From the NCBI GenBank assembly GCA_052386995.1, contig JBQTJP010000110.1, forward strand, positions 30,481 to 94,480: a stretch of 64,000 nt of DNA, given 5' to 3'. The stretch is from Armatimonadota bacterium. GTDB taxonomy: Bacteria > Sysuimicrobiota > Sysuimicrobiia > Sysuimicrobiales > Humicultoraceae. Both the position numbers and the translations under genes were made by a program. A model generated the notes under the pieces. That model did no database searches. It had not been told where the DNA came from and was given only the letters and a program-made list of their open reading frames with translations. This document shows, piece by piece, positions 48,934-58,273 of this stretch (position 1 is the first letter of the stretch; every line of letters begins with the position of its first letter).

Positions 48934-49521
48934 TTACGACCCCGCGGTCAACCCGAGAGCGGGAGCGATGCTGCGCATCGCGTCGACGACATTGGCGACA
49001 TGCTCATCGAACGGCACGCCGAGCGCGTCGGCTGCGCGCACCATCTCGTCACGGTCAACCGCCCGCGCAAACGCCTTGTCCTTCATCTTTTTCCGCACAG
49101 CCGCAGCATCCACACCCTCGAGACTGCGCCCTGGACGCACGAGGGCGACGGCGACGATGAATCCGGTCAAATCGTCGCACGCATGCAGTGCCAGCTCCAT
49201 GTGGGAGTGGCGAGTCACGCCCGAATAGTCGGCATGGGAGAGGATCGCTCGGCAGATCTCCTCCGGATAACCCACACTGCGGAGGTGCTCTACACCCTGA
49301 AACGGATGCCCGGCCTCTTGAGAGGGAAAACGCTCGTAGTCAAAGTCGTGGAGCAGCCCGACGAGTCCCCACAAGGACTCGTCTTCGCCAACGCGCCGCG
49401 CGTAGCTCCGCATGGCCGCCTCTACCGCCAGCATATGTTTGCGGAGGTTGGGGTTCGCGGTCCACTCCGACACGAGCGCCCACGCGTCCTCACGCGGCGG
49501 GAGGCGATCCGCAGGCGTCAT
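48934..49521 (-). CDS. HD-domain (HDIG) phosphohydrolase
   Basis: H...HD...H...D metal-binding pattern (HMLAV...LLHDFDY). Confidence 0.7.
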   Translation of the reverse strand: MTPADRLPPREDAWALVSEWTANPNLRKHMLAVEAAMRSYARRVGEDESLWGLVGLLHDFDYERFPSQEAGHPFQGVEHLRSVGYPEEICRAILSHADYSGVTRHSHMELALHACDDLTGFIVAVALVRPGRSLEGVDAAAVRKKMKDKAFARAVDRDEMVRAADALGVPFDEHVANVVDAMRSIAPALGLTAGS

Positions 49522-50420
49522 GGCTTGCCGACCGTTCCGCCCCCGAGTGCCGTCAGCAGTCTGTCCAGGTCGTCCGCCGTGTAGAACGCGATTCGGATCT
49601 CACCCCGGCCCTTCTGATCCGCCCTGATCCTGACAGGGGCGCCGAGAGATGCGGAGAGATTTAGTTCTATTATATTCAACTCAGCGGCATCTTGCCTGGA
49701 CCTTTGGGGTATTTCACGTGAAATAATCCGGCGCTTTGCGGCAATCTCTGTCTCCCTTACTGAAAGCCCCTTCGCCTCGACCATCCTCCAGACATCAAGT
49801 AGCCGGGATGGGGGTTCTATGCCCAGGAGCGCTCTGGCGTGGCCCTCGGTCAGCCTGCCGGCCTCGACTGCTGCCTGAACCTCTGGTGGAAGCGCAAGTA
49901 GGCGCAGCGTGTTGGCCACCGACGGCTGGCTCCGGCTCACACGCCTGGCCACAGCATCCTGACTCAGACCGAACTCCTCGGTCAGTCGCCGGTATGCCCT
50001 CGCCCGGTCGATGGCATTCAGGTCCTCCCGCTGCAGATTCTCCACGAGCGCGGCCTCAAGCGCCCCCCGATCGTCGAGGTCGCGCACGATCGCCGGGATG
50101 GCACGAAGCCCAGCGGCCCTCGCCGCACGCCACCGTCGCTCGCCCGCCACGAGTTCGTACCCCTCTGCCGCCGGCCTGACGAGCACAGGCTGAAGAACCC
50201 CCTGCTCCTGAATCGAGGCCGCCAGCTCCGCGAGGGGCGCGTCTTCAAATACCGCTCGAGGCTGGCGGCTGGCAGGCCTGATCTGATCGATGGCGATCTC
50301 GGTAACGCCCGATTCGACCTGCTGACCCGCACCCGGGATCAAGGCTCCCAGGCCGCGGCCGAGTCCCCGGGGCCGCTGTGCCCGCGCTGGATCACGAAGC
50401 GGTTGTGGGCTGTCGTCCAC
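49518..50420 (-). CDS. parB: Chromosome partitioning protein ParB (Spo0J)
   Basis: GLGRGLGALIP box and HTH. Confidence 0.85.
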   Translation of the reverse strand: MDDSPQPLRDPARAQRPRGLGRGLGALIPGAGQQVESGVTEIAIDQIRPASRQPRAVFEDAPLAELAASIQEQGVLQPVLVRPAAEGYELVAGERRWRAARAAGLRAIPAIVRDLDDRGALEAALVENLQREDLNAIDRARAYRRLTEEFGLSQDAVARRVSRSQPSVANTLRLLALPPEVQAAVEAGRLTEGHARALLGIEPPSRLLDVWRMVEAKGLSVRETEIAAKRRIISREIPQRSRQDAAELNIIELNLSASLGAPVRIRADQKGRGEIRIAFYTADDLDRLLTALGGGTVGKP

Positions 50421-51270
50421 GTACGATCACCTCCTGGGCAAGGGCCTGATAGGCCTTCGCGCCTCGTGACGTTGGGTCGTAGAGGGTGATGGGCTTGCCG
50501 TGGCTAGGCGCTTCTGCGAGCCGGACGCTACGGGGGATCACGGTCCCGTACACCCGGTCCCCAAAGTACCGCCTCACCTCAGCCGCCACTTGGTCGGAAA
50601 GGTTCGTACGCGGGTCGTACATTGTCAGCACCACGCCGCTGATCTCAAGCCCGGCATTAAGGTGGCGCTTTACGAGTTCGATGGACTGAAGGAGCTGGGT
50701 GAGGCCCTCAAGGGCGTAGTACTCGCACTGGATTGGTATCAGCGCTTCCGTGGCCGCCGTCAGGGCATTGATCGTCAGCAACCCAAGGGACGGCGGGCAG
50801 TCAATCAGGACGACGGGGAAGTCGGCTTCGGAGAGTGCGTACCGCAGACGCGTCTCCCGGCCCACGACGGCGGCAAGCTCCACCTCTGCGCCGGCCAGGT
50901 TGATGGTACTCGGAACCAGGAACAGATCGGGGATCGCGGAAGGCAGCACGAACCCCGAGAGGTTCTCCCCATCCAGAAGGACGTCGTACACCGAGCCCAT
51001 CTGGCGATCGCGCGGGATTCCGAGGCCGCTCGTCGAGTTCGCCTGAGGATCGAGGTCCACTACGAGCGTGCGTTGTCCGGCGGAAGCCAGGCACGCCCCG
51101 AGGTTCACGGCCGTCGTCGACTTGCCGACCCCGCCCTTCTGGTTGACGATCGCAATAATGCGCCGCACCGGCAAACGATTCGCCGGGTTGCGGTAGTGTT
51201 CCCCCCCTGCACTACGGAGGCCGTCCCAGACGTCCGGCACTCCTGGGATATCCGGAGGGTGTCTGTGCAA
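50392..51270 (-). CDS. parA: Chromosome partitioning ATPase ParA (Soj)
   Basis: Deviant Walker A KGGVGKSTTAVNL. The true start may be internal, since the ORF overlaps rsmG. Confidence 0.85.
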   Translation of the reverse strand: MHRHPPDIPGVPDVWDGLRSAGGEHYRNPANRLPVRRIIAIVNQKGGVGKSTTAVNLGACLASAGQRTLVVDLDPQANSTSGLGIPRDRQMGSVYDVLLDGENLSGFVLPSAIPDLFLVPSTINLAGAEVELAAVVGRETRLRYALSEADFPVVLIDCPPSLGLLTINALTAATEALIPIQCEYYALEGLTQLLQSIELVKRHLNAGLEISGVVLTMYDPRTNLSDQVAAEVRRYFGDRVYGTVIPRSVRLAEAPSHGKPITLYDPTSRGAKAYQALAQEVIVRGRQPTTAS

Positions 51271-51928
51271 CCTTGTTAATCACGACAATGACCCGCTGCC
51301 TGTCGGCGGTTGGAATGGTGCGCACCTCACTGCGGGCAATCTCGCCGCCAATCGCCGCGATCAGAGGTAATGCTTTCTCGAGTTCGCCAAGGATGCGCGG
51401 GCCCTTCAGAAAGACCGCCGCCCCTCCTGGGCGCACCAGCGGAAGGCACAGCTCCGCAGCCACACTCAGGCGGGCCGTCGCCCGCTCGACCGATCTGTCG
51501 TACGCCTCACGCCGCTCACCGCGGCGGCCGAACTCCTCCGCCCGCGCCCACTCGATCTCCACATCGTCCAAGCCCGTGACCGCTCGGACGTGTTCCAGGA
51601 ACGCGACACGGCGGCGTGAGGCTTCAATGAGCACCAGGTGAAGGTCGGGGCGGGCGATCTTGATCGGAATGCCTGGGAGCCCGGCGCCTGAGCCGACGTC
51701 CGCCACGCGACACCGCTTGGGGAAGTCGCACGCGGAGAGGGCTAGGAGCGCATCGACAAAGTGTAGGCTGACGACCTGCGCCGCGTCGCTGGCGGACGTG
51801 AGGTTGATGCGCCGGCGCCAGTGGAGAATCTCGCCGAGATATTGGTCGAACCGTGACAGGGCCCGCTCATCCAGCGGCACGCCGAGCCCGGTCGCTACGG
51901 CGTGAAGCTGCGCCAGACCGACAAGCAC
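51212..51928 (-). CDS. rsmG: 16S rRNA (guanine527-N7)-methyltransferase
   Basis: GidB family. Confidence 0.85.
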   Translation of the reverse strand: MLVGLAQLHAVATGLGVPLDERALSRFDQYLGEILHWRRRINLTSASDAAQVVSLHFVDALLALSACDFPKRCRVADVGSGAGLPGIPIKIARPDLHLVLIEASRRRVAFLEHVRAVTGLDDVEIEWARAEEFGRRGERREAYDRSVERATARLSVAAELCLPLVRPGGAAVFLKGPRILGELEKALPLIAAIGGEIARSEVRTIPTADRQRVIVVINKVAQTPSGYPRSAGRLGRPP

Positions 51929-52599
51929 TACTGCTCTAAGTCTTCGGGGGGCAGCACGTCGTCGTCAGGAAGCCCGTCGCCGGGCGAGCGAGGGTGGACG
52001 ACCACGCGCCGCTCCTGGTCCTCGCCCACGCTCGACGTCGTGACCCTCGGATCCTCCTTTAGCGCAAGATGCACGGTCCGTCGATCGCGTGGATCCATGG
52101 GCTCGAGAAAGATCGGCTTCTGCTCACGAACGGCCCTGGCGGCCGCCTGACCTGCGACCTTCTGGAGCGCGGTCTCCCGCCTCACGCGGTACCCTTCGAT
52201 ATCAATCGTGACATAGGCCCGCCGGCCGAGGCGTCGCGCCAGTTGAAGCCCGACGAGAAACTCCAGCGCATCTAACGTTTGCCCCTGTTTTCCGATGAGG
52301 CCCCCGATCTCCTGGCCTTCAAGGACAACCGTGGTCCGTCCGACGCCCTCTTGGACGTCCGCTGTCACCACGTATCCCATGCGCTCCAGGATCTCGGTCG
52401 CCACCCGCTCTGCAAGCGCCCCGTCCTTCGGCCGGAGCGTGACGCGGACACGCGCCTCTCGCCCGCCGAGACCGAGCAGAGCGGGCCTGGGTTCCTGCAG
52501 CACCTCGACTTCAACTTCATCCCGGGTCGCGCCGATTTGACCTGTGGCCAAGGCTATCGCCCCTTCGATAGTGCGCGCCGAGGCCTCGGCCGAGCTCAC
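51928..52599 (-). CDS. jag: Jag/KhpB R3H-KH RNA-binding protein
   Basis: Jag_N, KH and R3H segments. Its position after yidC is conserved. Confidence 0.8.
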   Translation of the reverse strand: MSSAEASARTIEGAIALATGQIGATRDEVEVEVLQEPRPALLGLGGREARVRVTLRPKDGALAERVATEILERMGYVVTADVQEGVGRTTVVLEGQEIGGLIGKQGQTLDALEFLVGLQLARRLGRRAYVTIDIEGYRVRRETALQKVAGQAAARAVREQKPIFLEPMDPRDRRTVHLALKEDPRVTTSSVGEDQERRVVVHPRSPGDGLPDDDVLPPEDLEQ

Positions 52600-53291
52600 T
52601 GCTGTCCCTGAGGTTTGGCAGGACCCTGACGCTGATCGCGCCTGGGAGCAACGCCGACCTTCCTGGGCCGACCCACCACCAAGTAGTACTCAGCTATATA
52701 CGCCACCGTAGAAACGATCCAGTAGATAGACAATGCGACAGGAAACTGCGTCGCGAGGTACGCCACGAAGAATGGCATAAAAATAAACATCCTGGCCTGC
52801 TGTGGATCTGTGATCGTCATCTGCTGCTGCCAGTACGTTGTGACGCCGGAGAGAATCGGGATAAGAATCAGCAGCGGATGGTCGATGAACACCTGGAGCG
52901 GCCAGGGTTGACTTTCAAGGGGAATACCCGCGAACATCTCACCGCCAAAGATTCCCGGCTTGCGCAGCAGGGCGAAGAGAGCCCAGAGGACCGGTAGCTG
53001 CAGGATCAGCGGCAGACAGCCGCTGAAGGGGTTGACCTTGCTCGAACGATAGAGGTTCATCGTTTCGATGTTCAGCTGCTTGGGGTCCTCCTTGTACTTT
53101 CGGCGCAGGACCTCGATCTGCGGCGCCAGCGAAGCCATTGCCTTCATAGACTTGAGCTGGGTTCTCGTCAGGGGGTGCAGCACGGCCTTGATAGCGATGG
53201 TCAACAAAGTAATGGCCACCAGGTAGCTGCCCACGACGCCGTGAACGAGCTGAAGCACCTGGTTCAGTACGGAGGCAATGGAATCGATCAC
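52596..53291 (-). CDS. yidC: Membrane protein insertase YidC (short Gram-positive type)
   Basis: 60 kDa inner-membrane-protein C-terminal core, 231 aa. Confidence 0.85.
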   Translation of the reverse strand: MIDSIASVLNQVLQLVHGVVGSYLVAITLLTIAIKAVLHPLTRTQLKSMKAMASLAPQIEVLRRKYKEDPKQLNIETMNLYRSSKVNPFSGCLPLILQLPVLWALFALLRKPGIFGGEMFAGIPLESQPWPLQVFIDHPLLILIPILSGVTTYWQQQMTITDPQQARMFIFMPFFVAYLATQFPVALSIYWIVSTVAYIAEYYLVVGRPRKVGVAPRRDQRQGPAKPQGQQ

Positions 53292-53304
53292 TACCCGACC
53301 TCCT

Positions 53305-53514
53305 TCAGGGCACCGGGTCGTAGCCGCCAGGGTTGAATGGGTGGCAACGGGTGAGGCGTCTGGCGCTCAAGATCGTGCCGCGCCACGGGCCGTGACGTTC
53401 GATGGCCTCTGCAGCGTACGTTGAACAGGTCGGGTAGAATCGACACGCGCGCGGGAGCAGCGGGGACAGCAGGCGTTTGTATCCAGCAATGAGCACCAGC
53501 AGCAGCCGCGTCAT
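53305..53514 (-). CDS. yidD: Membrane protein insertion efficiency factor YidD
   Basis: Conserved YidD motif (LIxxYKxxxSP...CRFxPTCSxY). Confidence 0.8.
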   Translation of the reverse strand: MTRLLLVLIAGYKRLLSPLLPRACRFYPTCSTYAAEAIERHGPWRGTILSARRLTRCHPFNPGGYDPVP

Positions 53515-53879
53515 CGGGGCTCCTTGCGATTGTCTCCGGTCAGCACTCTGGCTGCCTTCAGCGCCGCACCTACGCCATTCCGAAGCTCCGCGTAGCTGGC
53601 TGTGCCGGCGGCGGTGCGCGGCACAACGACCAGATCTACGCCGGGACTCATCCGGGGCCGGTGTGACCTTACGGCTTCGCGCAGCCGTCGCTTCAAGCGG
53701 TTGCGCGCGACCGCCGTGCCAAACCGCCGGCCGACAGGCACCCCAAGGCGAACGGTCCCCAGGCTATTGGGGCAGGCATGAACTACGACCAAGACCTCCG
53801 TGCGGTGGGTTCCACTCTGATAGACCCGGCGAAACTCTTCGCTCCGCGTCAGCCGGCCGACCGAGGGGATCCCACCCAC
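53511..53879 (-). CDS. rnpA: Ribonuclease P protein component
   Basis: [11 protein letters not shown] and [10 protein letters not shown] motifs. The start was assigned downstream of the rpmH stop. Confidence 0.75.
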   Translation of the reverse strand: MGGIPSVGRLTRSEEFRRVYQSGTHRTEVLVVVHACPNSLGTVRLGVPVGRRFGTAVARNRLKRRLREAVRSHRPRMSPGVDLVVVPRTAAGTASYAELRNGVGAALKAARVLTGDNRKEPR

Positions 53880-53884
53880 TTCCC

Positions 53885-54023
53885 CTAGCCGGAAACGGTC
53901 AGCCGATGCCTCCCTTTCGCTCGCCGGCGCTGGAGCGTGCGGCGACCGCCCGGCGTACGCATGCGCGCACGAAACCCATGCACCCGGCGGCGGGGACGCG
54001 TCTTTGGCTGAAAGGTTCGCTTC
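53885..54023 (-). CDS. rpmH: 50S ribosomal protein L34
   Basis: (V)[21 protein letters not shown]...; GTG start. Confidence 0.85.
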
Positions 54024-54112
54024 ACGTGGCTCCCCCCTGAGAGCAGGCCTACTATAGCACAGCATGGAAACCGCGGCCACGACTCCCCCCGAGTCCACGC
54101 CAAGATCCGAAG

Positions 54113-54373
54113 TGTGAACAGCCTGTGGGCAATGCCCCCGTTATCAACATCTTTGCCTGGGGCCCGCCCATCCTGGCAGCGCCGCCGCGGTTCAATAGAG
54201 CAGCAGGCAGCCGCTTTGTCCACACCGCGATGCCAGTTATCCACACGATTCTCCACACCTGTGGACAACCCGAGAAACACGTATCAACGTTGTCATTGCG
54301 CCGGGCCTCTACGCCGCAGGAAGCCGGTACAATCGTGGAGAATTCTGCGCTCAACCGGCCTGAATTGTCCACA
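54113..54373. promoter_or_regulatory. oriC part 1: DnaA-box cluster between rpmH and the gene upstream of dnaA
   Basis: Perfect TTATCCACA at 54237-54245. One-mismatch boxes are TTATCAACA (54141), TTGTCCACA (54216, 54365 and reverse at 54260) and TTCTCCACA (54249). Weaker boxes are at 54113 and 54124. Confidence 0.75.
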
Positions 54374-54487
54374 ATACTGCCACGCGGGTGACCGTCCCCG
54401 GGTCGGCGTGAAATCCGCAAGCTCCCGGCCTGCGCGATAGGAGTCCTGGAGCCTGCGGCCAACTACGATTTTCGCACCTGAGGGGCA

Positions 54488-55270
54488 ATGTCGATACGGG
54501 ACCTCATTGCCCGGCTGACGGAGGAGCGGCGCACAGCGCCCCCCCCCGAAAGGGAGGAGCCCGAAGTCAGGCTGGCGGTTTATGATTCACCGGCGGCACA
54601 CCCTCAGGTCGTGTCGCTGCGCGGAGACGATTTTCACGCCCTCGTCGGCGAGATTGCCGCGCGCACCTATGGCGTCTCGCGTGAGCGGGGCGGAAGAGTT
54701 CCGTATGTGGTAATTCGTGAGATCGTAGAGAACTTGATCCACGCCTATTTTCAGAATGCCACGGTCACGGTCTTAGATGACGGCAACACCATCCGCATCT
54801 CCGACCAGGGGCCGGGCATCACGAACAAGGACCTGGCTTTCCTGCCAGGATTTTCTACCGCCACAACGGAGATGCGGCGAGTGATCCGGGGAGTGGGAAG
54901 CGGGCTTCCAGTGGCCAGGGAGCAGTTGAATCTGCTCGGCGGGACCGTGACCATTGAGGACAACCTGGATCAAGGGACCGTCGTCACGCTGAGTCTCCGC
55001 CGGGACCCGGGGCCGTCGCTCCCCGGCGATCGCCCGGCCCGCCATCGGCCCGAGGTGACCCCGCGTCAGAAGAAGGTGCTCTTGCTCATCGCGGAGCTCG
55101 GCGCGGCCGGACCGATGGCGATCGCCAGAGAGCTCGACATCAGCCACAGCACGGCGTACCGCGAGCTCCAAGCTCTCCAATCACTGAATCTCGCGACCGG
55201 CAAAGGACGGGGCAAACGGACGCTCACTGAAGAAGGCATCGCCTACCTCGACGAGGTCTTCAAGTCTTAG
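54488..55270 (+). CDS. GHKL (histidine-kinase-like) ATPase domain protein fused to a C-terminal winged-helix HTH
   Basis: N box (EIVENLIHAYFQNATV), G1 (DQGPGI) and G2 (GVGSGL) of HATPase_c. The C-terminal MarR/ArsR-like wHTH is LLIAELGAAGPMAIARELDISHSTAYRELQAL. Confidence 0.6.
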   Translation: MSIRDLIARLTEERRTAPPPEREEPEVRLAVYDSPAAHPQVVSLRGDDFHALVGEIAARTYGVSRERGGRVPYVVIREIVENLIHAYFQNATVTVLDDGNTIRISDQGPGITNKDLAFLPGFSTATTEMRRVIRGVGSGLPVAREQLNLLGGTVTIEDNLDQGTVVTLSLRRDPGPSLPGDRPARHRPEVTPRQKKVLLLIAELGAAGPMAIARELDISHSTAYRELQALQSLNLATGKGRGKRTLTEEGIAYLDEVFKS

Positions 55271-55286
55271 GGCCGGGCACCGGCCC
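55270..55286 (+). terminator. GC hairpin immediately after the GHKL-wHTH gene stop (no U-tract)
   Basis: GGGCCGG-GCA-CCGGCCC. Confidence 0.3.
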
Positions 55287-55318
55287 ACGCAGCCGCGCAC
55301 TCAGAGAGGAGACGGCTC

Positions 55319-56671
55319 GTGTCCATCGACATATCGCCCACCACGTTGTGGACGGAAGTCCTCCGTCGAATTGAAGGTCATCTTAACAAGCCCACGCTCG
55401 AGTCGTTCCTCAAAGTCATCAGACCCATCGGTCTCCAAGGCGACACGTTTGTGCTGGCCGTGCCGAATCGCTTTGCCCGCGACTGGATCGAGCAGCGCCT
55501 GCTTGTCACCGTGCGCGGCGCGTTGTCGGCAGCGATTGGCCGGGAGATCCAGGTGCAAATCACCGTGGCGGAGGTCCCGCCTCCGGCCGCTCCCGTTCGC
55601 GCGGCGCCGGCGCCTGCGGCGCCTCCGCGGACCACGGAAGGGCTGCACCTGTCGCCCAAGTACACGTTCGAGACGTTCATCGTAGGCGCCGGGAATCGCT
55701 TCGCACATGCGGCGGCGATGGCGGTGGCCGAATCCCCGGCGACATCCTACAACCCCTTGTTTATCTACGGTGGCGTGGGGCTGGGAAAGACCCATCTGCT
55801 GCAGGCAATCGGGCATGGCGTGCTGCGCCGGGCCGGTGTCGCGCGGGCAGCATATATCAGCAGCGAAAAATTTACGAACGAGCTCATTAACGCGATTCGC
55901 GACGACAAAACCCTTGAGTTTCGCCACCGGTACCGCAATGTCGACGTTCTCCTCATCGACGACATACAGTTCCTCGCCGGAAAGGAACGCACACAAGAAG
56001 AGTTCTTTCACACTTTTAACACGCTTCACGACGCCAGTCGCCAGATCATCATCACATCCGACCGCCCACCGAAGGAGATCCCGACCCTTGAAGACCGGCT
56101 GCGCAGCCGATTCGAATGGGGCCTGATCACCGACATCCAGCCGCCCGATCTGGAAACACGTATCGCCATTCTCCGCAAGAAGGCCGAAACCGAAGGGATT
56201 TCTGTGCCCGATGAAGTAGCCGAGTTTATCGCGCAGCGTATCTACACGAACATCCGCGAACTCGAGGGCGCCCTCGTACGTGTCGTCGCCTACGCATCAC
56301 TTACGCGGTCTCCTATCACCGTCGAACTTGCCGCAGACGTGCTGCGGGATCTGCTGCCTCCGACGCGTTCACGCATTGTGACCATCCAAGCTATTCAAAC
56401 AGCCGTAGCGGAATTCTTCCGAATTCGGCCAGAAGAAATGCGGGCGAAACGCCGCACAAAAGACCTAGCGTTCCCACGTCAAATTGCCATGTATCTGGCA
56501 CGAGAACTCACGGACGCATCGCTTCCCCGCATCGGTGAAGAATTTGGTGGGCGAGACCACACCACGGTCATCCATGCTTGTCAGCGGGTGCGCGAAACTC
56601 TTCGCGGTGACGCCCACCTTACAGCCAGCCTCAAACGACTGACCGAAGATCTTCAGCGACACAGTGGATAA
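55319..56671 (+). CDS. dnaA: Chromosomal replication initiator DnaA
   Basis: AAA+ Walker A (GGVGLGKTHLL), the DnaA signature and the C-terminal HTH. GTG start with an SD. Confidence 0.95.
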   Translation: MSIDISPTTLWTEVLRRIEGHLNKPTLESFLKVIRPIGLQGDTFVLAVPNRFARDWIEQRLLVTVRGALSAAIGREIQVQITVAEVPPPAAPVRAAPAPAAPPRTTEGLHLSPKYTFETFIVGAGNRFAHAAAMAVAESPATSYNPLFIYGGVGLGKTHLLQAIGHGVLRRAGVARAAYISSEKFTNELINAIRDDKTLEFRHRYRNVDVLLIDDIQFLAGKERTQEEFFHTFNTLHDASRQIIITSDRPPKEIPTLEDRLRSRFEWGLITDIQPPDLETRIAILRKKAETEGISVPDEVAEFIAQRIYTNIRELEGALVRVVAYASLTRSPITVELAADVLRDLLPPTRSRIVTIQAIQTAVAEFFRIRPEEMRAKRRTKDLAFPRQIAMYLARELTDASLPRIGEEFGGRDHTTVIHACQRVRETLRGDAHLTASLKRLTEDLQRHSG

Positions 56672-56877
56672 CCTGTGCATAAACATCAAAATGGACGAGA
56701 TTGAAAGCTACTCCTATTACAAGGGCATCTTTTATCCCCGTCCTAACCACAATAAGATTCACAGACTCATAAGCTCCACGATCCAAACAGAGTGGACTCT
56801 TTACTGGTTATCCACATCATCCACACCATCTACTACTACGACGGTTTTATTAATATAATATATAGAGGAGAATAACT
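56672..56877. promoter_or_regulatory. oriC part 2: dnaA-dnaN intergenic DnaA boxes plus an AT-rich DNA unwinding element
   Basis: Perfect TTATCCACA at 56808-56816, followed by TCATCCACA. A box also overlaps the dnaA stop (GGTTATCCACT, reverse). The AT-rich run TTTTATTAATATAATATATAG (56846-56866) sits in a genome of ~70% GC. Confidence 0.75.
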
Positions 56878-57987
56878 ATGTTCTTCACTTGTTCACACGA
56901 GCACCTTAATCGCGCGGTCGCTCTTGTTGGACGAGCTGTGTCATCGCGTGTGGCTATGCCCATTCTCAGCAATATTCTCATCGAGACAAAAAAAGATTCT
57001 GTGAAGTTTGCCGCTACGGATCTGGATCACGGGATTCAAACTGAGATTCCCGCGACAGTGAAAAAAGGCGGAGCCATCACCATACCAGCTCGGCTGTTTA
57101 CGGAAATTGTGACCAATCTTCCGAATGCGTCTATTGACTTTAAAGTGGCTGATAACGGACGAAACGTTGAAGTACAATGCGAACGTATAACGTACGATCT
57201 AGTCGGATTACCGGCCACCGATTTTCCGTTGATGCCGGAACCAGATTCAACACCTGTCGTCACGATCGAAGCTGGAGTATTGCGTACAATGGTTCGTCAA
57301 ACTAGCTTTGCGGTGTCAACAGACGAAACGCGGGTATTTTTAACTGGCTTGTACTTGGGCTTGGATGGCAAGGACGCTAAAGTGGTGGCTACAGATGGTG
57401 GACGATTGGCACTGCGGTCTGTGACACTGACATCTCCGAGCAGACAAAAGGTTGGAGTAATCATTCCCTCTAAAACCATGCAAGAACTCACACGGGCCCT
57501 GGCAGGTGTAGAGGGGGATGTAGATATCTCTTTAGCTGAGAACCAGATCCTGTTCACACTGCCGGCAGCTAGACTCGTCAGCCGGCTCATTCCCGGACCG
57601 TTTCCGAACTATCAGCAGGTCATTCCTCAAGGACACAAGCAGAAGCTGACGGTTGGAACGGAGCGGTTTATGAGTGCCGTTCGGCGTGTGGCAATTACGG
57701 CTCGGGACTCGGCCAATGTCGTGCGTCTGCAGGCGAACGCCGATACACTAACGCTCTCTTCCAGCACCCCGGAGTACGGTCGGTCTGAGGAGACTCTTCA
57801 GGTAACGGCCGAAGGAGAAACCGTCCCGACGGCCTTCAACGCACGCTATTTGCTCGATTGCCTGGGCATCGTGGAAGCGGACGAAGTGACGCTTGAGCTC
57901 ACGGGGCCGCTTAGTCCCGGAGCCCTTCGGCCCGTGGGACACACGGACTACACGTACGTGCTGGCGCCGGTTCGCGTTGCCACCTAA
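56878..57987 (+). CDS. dnaN: DNA polymerase III beta sliding clamp
   Basis: Typical DnaN three-domain sequence. Confidence 0.95.
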   Translation: MFFTCSHEHLNRAVALVGRAVSSRVAMPILSNILIETKKDSVKFAATDLDHGIQTEIPATVKKGGAITIPARLFTEIVTNLPNASIDFKVADNGRNVEVQCERITYDLVGLPATDFPLMPEPDSTPVVTIEAGVLRTMVRQTSFAVSTDETRVFLTGLYLGLDGKDAKVVATDGGRLALRSVTLTSPSRQKVGVIIPSKTMQELTRALAGVEGDVDISLAENQILFTLPAARLVSRLIPGPFPNYQQVIPQGHKQKLTVGTERFMSAVRRVAITARDSANVVRLQANADTLTLSSSTPEYGRSEETLQVTAEGETVPTAFNARYLLDCLGIVEADEVTLELTGPLSPGALRPVGHTDYTYVLAPVRVAT

Positions 57988-58273
57988 GCGATCCGGCGCG
58001 CCGTCTTCCTCCCGGGCACGGCGCGTCCCCATTTACACCGGAACGATTACGCTTGGTGCTTTCCTCAAGTGGGCCGGCATCACAAATACCGGAGGAGGGG
58101 CCAAGGCGCGTATTGCTGCGCGTTCCGTGTCTGTCAACGGCGTTGTCGAGCTGCGGCGAGGACGCCAGTTGGGGCCTGGAGACGTGGTGATGGTCGATGG
58201 GGGACCGATGTTGCTCGTCGTGAAAGGACACGATGCTGCGCCTGCGCCGCCTCTGGCTCCGGGCGTTTCGTAA
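57977..58273 (+). CDS. yaaA: S4-like RNA-binding protein (YaaA family)
   Basis: Aligns with B. subtilis YaaA (ITLGAFLKWAGI...GGGAKARI...VSVNGVVELRRGRQLGPGDVV). No canonical start lies just before the domain, so the TTG at 57977 is a guess. Confidence 0.55.
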   Translation: MPPKRSGAPSSSRARRVPIYTGTITLGAFLKWAGITNTGGGAKARIAARSVSVNGVVELRRGRQLGPGDVVMVDGGPMLLVVKGHDAAPAPPLAPGVS

